Shown: positions 57,695 to 64,000 of the stretch, in pieces
Layout of the letters: every line of letters starts with the position of its first letter
Position numbering within the stretch: position 1 is the stretch's first letter
From: Oikopleura dioica
Lineage: Eukaryota; Animalia; Chordata
DNA: 64,000 nucleotides
Assembly (NCBI GenBank): GCA_907165135.1
Contig: OU015569.1
Span: 7,192,001-7,256,000 of the forward strand
Direction of reading: 5' to 3'
Notes under the pieces: generated by a model
Databases searched by the model: none
What the model was told of the DNA's origin: nothing
What the model saw: only the letters and a program-made list of their open reading frames with translations
Program-made: the position numbers and the translations under genes

Positions 57695-60533
57695 ATGAAG
57701 CTTCACAGGCTCATTCTGGCTGCCCTTGGGGTCGCAGCAGGTACCTTTACGCTCTCAGACTACAGAACACGAGATTATCCAGGTTTTTAGAAACTAAAGT
57801 GCTCGACACCTGGAACAGTGGGGCCAGTGTCCGTGCAAAGGTCACTGCTGATTGCCTTGGAAGTCGAAAAGTTGCTCCACGACCAGTCGAAACCGACTTG
57901 GTGATCGCACTCGACACATCTTTTTGCAATTCTAATCGAATCGACCAGGTCAAGACCAACCTTCTCGATCTCATTGGAACTATAACAACTCCTGAAAACG
58001 GTGGACAAAAACTCGGAGACAGGAAAGGGATTTCAAGTGGCCAGAGAGTACCTGCTTTACTTTGAGGCTATAATTAACGGTAGAAAAATCAACTCATCCT
58101 TATCTCCTTCTATGGCTCAAGATTTTTCATTATTATTAATCGCCACGTTCCGGCGATCATTTTGATGGTAAAATCGTCAAAATCGGCCAAGGAAAATGGA
58201 TTTTAGGACTAGGCTAATGTCCCGGATTCCGCACTAGAATTGTTCTAGTGCTCGGAAGAGGTGATTACTCCATCAATCAGCCCGTCGTTACTCTCAGATT
58301 AAAGAGCAGGCTTTGTTCTACTAGAATCAATTCGGAGAAGTTGTTTGTGGCCGCCGTAGCGAGCACCAAGGGCTCAAGAAGCATGAAAAAGAGGCAAAAT
58401 TGAGGCTGAATTGGTTTGAGTACACCTTGAAAAGCACTTTTTGGCCATTTTTTCATGCTTCTTGAGCTCTTCGTGCTCGCTATAGCGGCCACAAACAATT
58501 TCTCCGAATTGATTTTAGTAGAACAAAGCCTGCTCTTTAATCTGATAGTAACGACGGGCTGATTGGATGGAGTAATCACCCTCTTCCGAGCACTAGAACA
58601 ATTCTAGTGCGGAATCCGGGACATTAGCCTAGTCCTAAAATCCATTTTCCTTGGCGGATTTTGACGATTTTACCATCAAAATGATCGCCGGAACGTGGCG
58701 ATTAATAATAATGAAAAATCTAGAGCCATAGAAGGAGATAAGGATGAGTTGATTTTTCTACCGTTACACCTAGCTATAAGTTATAGCCTATAAGTTATAG
58801 GCTATAACGATTTGAGTCTAAAAATATCTCTGAAATACAATCCTTTGAAAAGTCTTCGTGTATCAGTTGTCAGTTTCAATAGAGATGCTCGAGAGATCTT
58901 TAGTTTCTCGAAATACAACCGGTTGGACAATATTCAAATGGAACTCGAGAAGGCCGTCGACCAAATCATTTTCGACGATGAAACAACTAATTACAACGCA
59001 GCATTTGAACGAATCGAAACGATATATTCATCTCAATTCCGAGAAAACTCGCAGGTATTCATATTTTGAGAGCTTTATGAAAATTGATTGTCTTTACAGC
59101 GTGCCATGGTTATTTACAGTAATGGAAACCAAAATGACGAAATCGACTACAACCGCCTGCGAAATAATCTAGATAACTTGGAGCTGAAAGTATTTGGAAT
59201 GTCTTTTAGTTCCAAATGTCCAGGAAATCCAACAGATGACAGCAATTTGGATCGTGTGTGTCCGAACCGAGTCTTCTTTCAAAAACTGACTGATGACGCA
59301 GGCTTCATCGAATCGAATGAACATAGTACTGCAATGGAGATAACGCGAAGACTTTTTAAACAAGAAGATGACGTCTCCGATGATTTTATTACCGATCGTG
59401 AATGTGAGACTGGTTTCCCCTACATTCACCTCGACGGAGACCAAGGCGAAGTTGGTCCGCCAGGTACAGACGGTGACGACGGACGTCCTGGAGAACCAGG
59501 TGCTCCCGGAGAAGACGGAGAAGCTGGCAGGCCAGGAGAAAATGGACCGACTGGATTTGCTGGTCCACAAGGTGACCGAGGTGAACCTGGACGACATGGA
59601 GAACCAGGAGTGCAAGGACCCCGCGGTCCTCAAGGAAACCGTGGAGAAACTGGACCACGAGGTCCACCCGGCAATCGAGGACGCGATGAAGTAGGACCTC
59701 GTGGCCCTGAAGGACCAGCAGGCCGATCAGGTCAGGATGGTGTTAGAGGATCTCGTGGAAAAGACGGAGCGCGCGGACGAGATGGCGAGCGAGGCCCAGA
59801 TGGCCGAAACGGTGACCCTGGGAATCCAGGTCGAGATGGACCGGATGGTGATGCTGGAAGTGATGGTCTTAAACCAACTTGTGACGAAAGTAGCGCTGCT
59901 GGCGACCGAGGAGCACCAGGTATCCCTGGTAATCCAGGAAAACGAGGTGAAGATGGTCAAAATGGCGAAAATGGCGAAGACGGGCAAAGAGGGCCAGCTG
60001 GTGCTCGCGGTCCAACTGGTGAACGAGGACGACCTGGTCCCTCTGGAGAAGCAGGGCCGCAAGGAAAAACTGGTAAAGCGGGCGAAAATGGGCCTGATGG
60101 CGTTGCAGGCGACCCCGGTCTTCCTGGTCCAGATGGCGATCAAGGAAATAGAGGCCCCTCTGGCGAAGCAGGAATCGCTGGTGATGCTGGTCCAACTGGT
60201 CTTGATGGTAAGAATGGGAATCCCGGAGAACAGGGTGACATAGGTGAATGTGGCCCCGCTGGGAAATCAATTGATGGCTGTCAAGGACCTCCCGGTCTAC
60301 CTGGACCACAAGGCCCTGCAGGATCTGATGGAGATGCTGGCCGACCTGGACCTGATGGTGCAAGTGGATGCCCTGGACCTCGAGGTGCCCCTGGAAACCC
60401 TGGATCACCAGGAGTTATCGAACAGGATGAACTGGAGATTCTCGTCCACATGGCAATTAAAGAGCTCATTGAAGAATGTGAAGACGATTCGGACTCGTCT
60501 TCTGGCCGTGGAGACATTGCAGAACTTATTTAG
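57695..60533 (+). CDS. vWA-domain + short interrupted collagen (about 326-aa Gly-X-Y), secreted
   Basis: Signal [15 protein letters not shown]; v[12 protein letters not shown]...LRVSVVSFN...TNYNAAF...RAMVIYSNG...VFGMSF; Gly-X-Y at 59436-60413 with three imperfections; 39-aa acidic tail. Confidence 0.9.
58075..58766. mobile_element. Young foldback element (about 330-bp near-identical inverted arms, about 30-bp spacer), intronic
   Basis: TAACGGTAGAAAAATCAACTCATCC... mirrored by ...GGATGAGTTGATTTTTCTACCGTTA; the arms differ at only a handful of positions; TA at both ends. Confidence 0.92.
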
Positions 60534-60705
60534 AAAAATCAATGATAAAGCATGCTTTCTTGCGAAGCTTTAAGAACCGTTTTACCTCTCTCATGCTGAA
60601 TGCGATTTTTTTTTTCTTTCTCTCTCTCTTTGGCGACATTGCGTAACACTGTTAAATATAATTATTACAACTACTTCATCATTTGTTTTACAATGAATTT
60701 ATATT

Positions 60706-61837
60706 TTATGAAGCAAAAGAATTACTTTCAAAGCTTGAGCAGTAGCTGTCGATAGAAGTTGAAGAGCGCGAGTCATCATATTTATCTGAGATTTCAGACA
60801 AAGAACTGCTATCGTCGAAATCTTCTTCGTAGTATTCTTCCACGTCTTCGTTGTCTTCGGTAAAAAGTGAGCATTCAAGAAGCTCCTCAGTTGTTGGACG
60901 TTCAATCGGGTCAACTTGGAGAATTTTCAGCACTGTGGTTTTGAATTCAGTGCTAAATGTATCGGGCAATGGTCGGAAGGAACCTTTTGATATCCTGTTG
61001 CAGATAGCCAGAAAAGCTTCACTTTCCCCAAAAGGTTTAGCTTAAAATTTCAGACTAATGATACGGTTTTTCTATACCTAAAGTTGCTAGCTCAACAAGG
61101 ATTGTTCCCAAACCCCAAATGTCCCCAGCAGGGCCAAAAGTAGAATTTTTAAGCAGCTCTGGAGCACAGTATTGAATCGTACCCACGAATGTTTTAGCTT
61201 CGCGACAATCATGATTTATGCGTAGATTCAAGGAATTACCTTTAGATTCTCCCTCCTGCAAAACTCGACAAACACCAAAGTCGCAAATTTTCAGTAGGCT
61301 TCCTGCTGTTATCATGATATTGTCAGGTTTAAGATCACGGTGGAGAACCTTTAGGTCGTGAATGTACTTGAGTGCTGATGTTATTTGTCGCCCAAAGTTG
61401 CAAACTTCCTTCTCCACAAGGGAAGACTTGCTTTCTCTTGTTCTCTAAATCAATCCTGTTATTGTTGGATATCCTGCGACTCACCCTACCAAAATAAGAT
61501 CGGCCAGAGAACCGAGTGGGCAGTATTCCAATATGATCTGGATTTTATCCTCACTTGCGTCGAAACTTAGACATTTCAAGACATTTTTATGATTGAAACC
61601 GCGCATCACTTCAATTTCTCGGAATATTGACTGTTTTTCAATTTTCTTCGACAAACCCACTTCTTTGACTGCCACCAAGTCTCCGGAGCCTCTTGTTTCT
61701 GCAAGGTAAACCCTTAAAACCGTTATCCTACTCAAAGGGTTGACTAAATCCAAACCTGGAAGTCGCCCCGCGACCGATTTCCTTGAGAAAGTTGTATTTT
61801 TCGAATTCTCTGATTGAAGTTCATCTTTCAAGTTCAT
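60706..61837 (-). CDS. NIMA-related (NEK-like) Ser/Thr kinase with acidic tail
   Basis: Spliced: YNFLKEIGRGATS|RVYL...VAVKEV, REIEVMRGFNHKNV, IILEYCPLGSLADLI, LKYIHDLKVLHRDLKPDNI, KICDFG, KTFVGTIQYCAPE, DIWGLG, PF, RPTTEELL. A 1-bp frameshift or an unseen first exon is needed at the 5' end. Confidence 0.85.
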
Positions 61838-62403
61838 TTTTTCATCTGAGATTCTAAAGTTTATGGCGTGTGCTCAGCCTGAGCCCAAGAATACGCTCAA
61901 ACAATGGTAAAAGAGGAAAAGTGGCGATTGGTGCGCACGCCAAATAGCAAACACTCTTCTGTGTTCGAAAAGAACACCAATTAATCGATTGTCTATGAAA
62001 TAAACTACATGTCGGTTTCTTGTCCCTCTGCATTATTGCAGATCAATCAAATAGGGTGAATATATCAGTACAAAGTTGTGAAAAATTAAGAAAATGAAAG
62101 TCATCATTTTAATTAAAATTAAATCGATCTCCGTATACGATTTTTTTCGTTAGACAAGGATGGTTCAGTTTATCTATTTTCGTTACGCGAGCGGAGCTAA
62201 AAACGTAATCAGGGACCATTTTACGATTCGTGGATGCGCGTTGTTCGCCGAAGTCTACAAGATTGTTCGAGTTTAAAGATAGAAAAGAACAAAAAGAAAC
62301 AAATAAACGGCCTGCGGCGAGCGTATATTCTTATAAATCAGCTGATTCAGTTTTGAAGAGAAGAAAAAAGTGAAGACCAAAAAATGATGAAAAAATCTAA
62401 AGG

Positions 62404-64000
62404 ATGAGAAAATTTTTGGCGCTGCTCGTGGCCATAGACGCATTCAATGACGAAATCCTGGGAAACAAAGACGATATCCTCAACGATGATATTAATTTGA
62501 ATCGCAATTGCTACGTGAAACTTCCAAAGCAGTATAACACCAACATTTATCAGCCTTTTAGTAGCTTAAAAAATATCGATATCAGGTGAGAAAATAATGC
62601 CTTGTAGTGGCTCGCTGAATCTTAAATCTAAACACTTTTTCAAGCTGACCCGAGATAATAACTATAAAATAACACTAAAATTACTCTACCAAATAAAAGA
62701 TCTCGAAAATATACAATTTCAAATAGAGAAAGTTGTTGCGGTCCTCATTAAAAGTGGTTATTCAAAGCATAAAACAAAGCTTTGCCGGATTTCTATTTAA
62801 CTTTATCAAAGGTGGTCTCTAAAATGCGAGAACAATGATGTTTTGACATTCTGCGGTGACATTTCAATAAATCTCCGGGAATCGAAAGAAAAGTATGTGC
62901 CGTTTGACATTCGTGACGTTCAGCGACTTACAAAAAAGGAAGAATTTACGGTCGACAGCAGTTCTTGTTACTCAGCGGAAGCTGTAAAAAATAAGAGTTT
63001 AACAACAGATTCCGGATTACTACTAAATTTAAAGACGACGACGATTTCTTACACACAAAATGAACGTGCTTCTTTTGGAATATCTATAGGAACAGGGTTT
63101 TACACTCATTTCTAGTTGATCGGAAGTAACATCGGGAGTTCTGTTAACCCACTGCAGTGATCCAACGCGAAAAATCGGCGGAGAAAGATTTCCTTGAAAA
63201 GCTCTCTTCGCTCATCCAGAAGACGACAAATGATGGTTCAGCACGCGTGACCCTTCTTGGGAACCAGAGTGCAGCACTTGAGTCACACAGAACGCTTGGA
63301 TTCGAAGTCGATGTAAGGGCAGAGCCACTCTGCCCCACCCAAATACCCTTCTTCGACCTTAGCTTCTTAGCTGGGGATCAGTGCTGGCGCCAGGAAAGAG
63401 TCAGCTATACTAAACTATTCCACTGATAGTAAAGCGGGATCAGGCTTGGAAAGGACATGCCTGTCGTAACCTTCGGGGGGAGATTTTCGTCAGAAATAAT
63501 TGTTATCATATAAATGGTTCCCGCGTCGTTAAAGATGACTTCCAAAACAGGAGGCAAAGAGTCCGCGATGTCTTTGCTCGGGTCCATATAATTTAGAAAA
63601 CAAAGTTAATCATGTTTTATTGCTTCTAATCTGCTTTTTCATGAGAACAGATTTCATTCAAGAGCAGCTTGCCTCAATTAACCTTAGCCGAGGTTCACTC
63701 GAGTTAGACCAATTAAATGCCAGCAATAAATATTGTAGAAGACAGTTAATCTTAATAATTATTTACGCTGACCCGGCAAAAGCGTGATATTAACAAAACA
63801 ATCTTGGCAGAGTTAGATAATGATGGGAAAGTTGCGATCCATGGGAAATACTCCTCAGCTGTCTCGTCGTTCGTCATCATTTCTGTCGCTCAAGGAATTC
63901 TCCTAGCAGCTACACTCATTTTTACCATTCTTATTTTCAAGGTATGAGCTCTTAGCTTATTGAAATGACTCCGAAGATATTTTAAGTTAAACTATTATTA
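62404..64000 (+). CDS. Uncharacterised probable type I membrane protein, partial (runs off the window)
   Basis: MRKFLALLVAIDA signal-like start; several short exons; TM exon at about 63811-63940 (FVIISVAQGILLAATLIFTILIFK) followed by a GT donor. Confidence 0.45.

Noticed and set aside
59169-60573. Several overlapping alternative-frame and antisense ORFs
   Set aside because: Shadow ORFs produced by Gly-X-Y codon periodicity of the collagen
1-64000. tRNA, 5S, spliced-leader RNA or rRNA genes
   Set aside because: No convincing cloverleaf/T-loop context or remembered SL/5S sequence was found by eye; a covariance-model scan would be needed to exclude them

Overview
Eukaryotic, gene-dense, AT-rich animal DNA with very short introns (about 35-50 nt) and highly divergent chordate-type genes. 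This pattern points to a larvacean tunicate such as Oikopleura (inference, not proven). Genes recognisable by manual splicing and translation are: a C-type-lectin/EGF/ZP-domain secreted protein, a jacalin-like lectin, a CIS/SOCS2-like SH2+SOCS-box gene, about 10 kb of unidentified coiled-coil exons, a full-length GREB1/GREB1L homologue (33.3-38.7 kb, scattered over about ten ORFs of the track), a degenerate RING-finger gene, EFCAB7, a secreted mucin-EGF-LRR protein, B4GAT1, a vWA-collagen, a NEK-like kinase and a partial type I membrane protein. Five non-autonomous DNA elements with inverted repeats are visible. The most striking is a 2.9-kb hAT-type element (exact 8-bp TSD, TAGGG termini) whose interior is about 33 tandem copies of a 54-55 bp hairpin-forming unit. 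No rRNA, tRNA or CRISPR array was seen. Homology calls rest on remembered family motifs; no database search was run.
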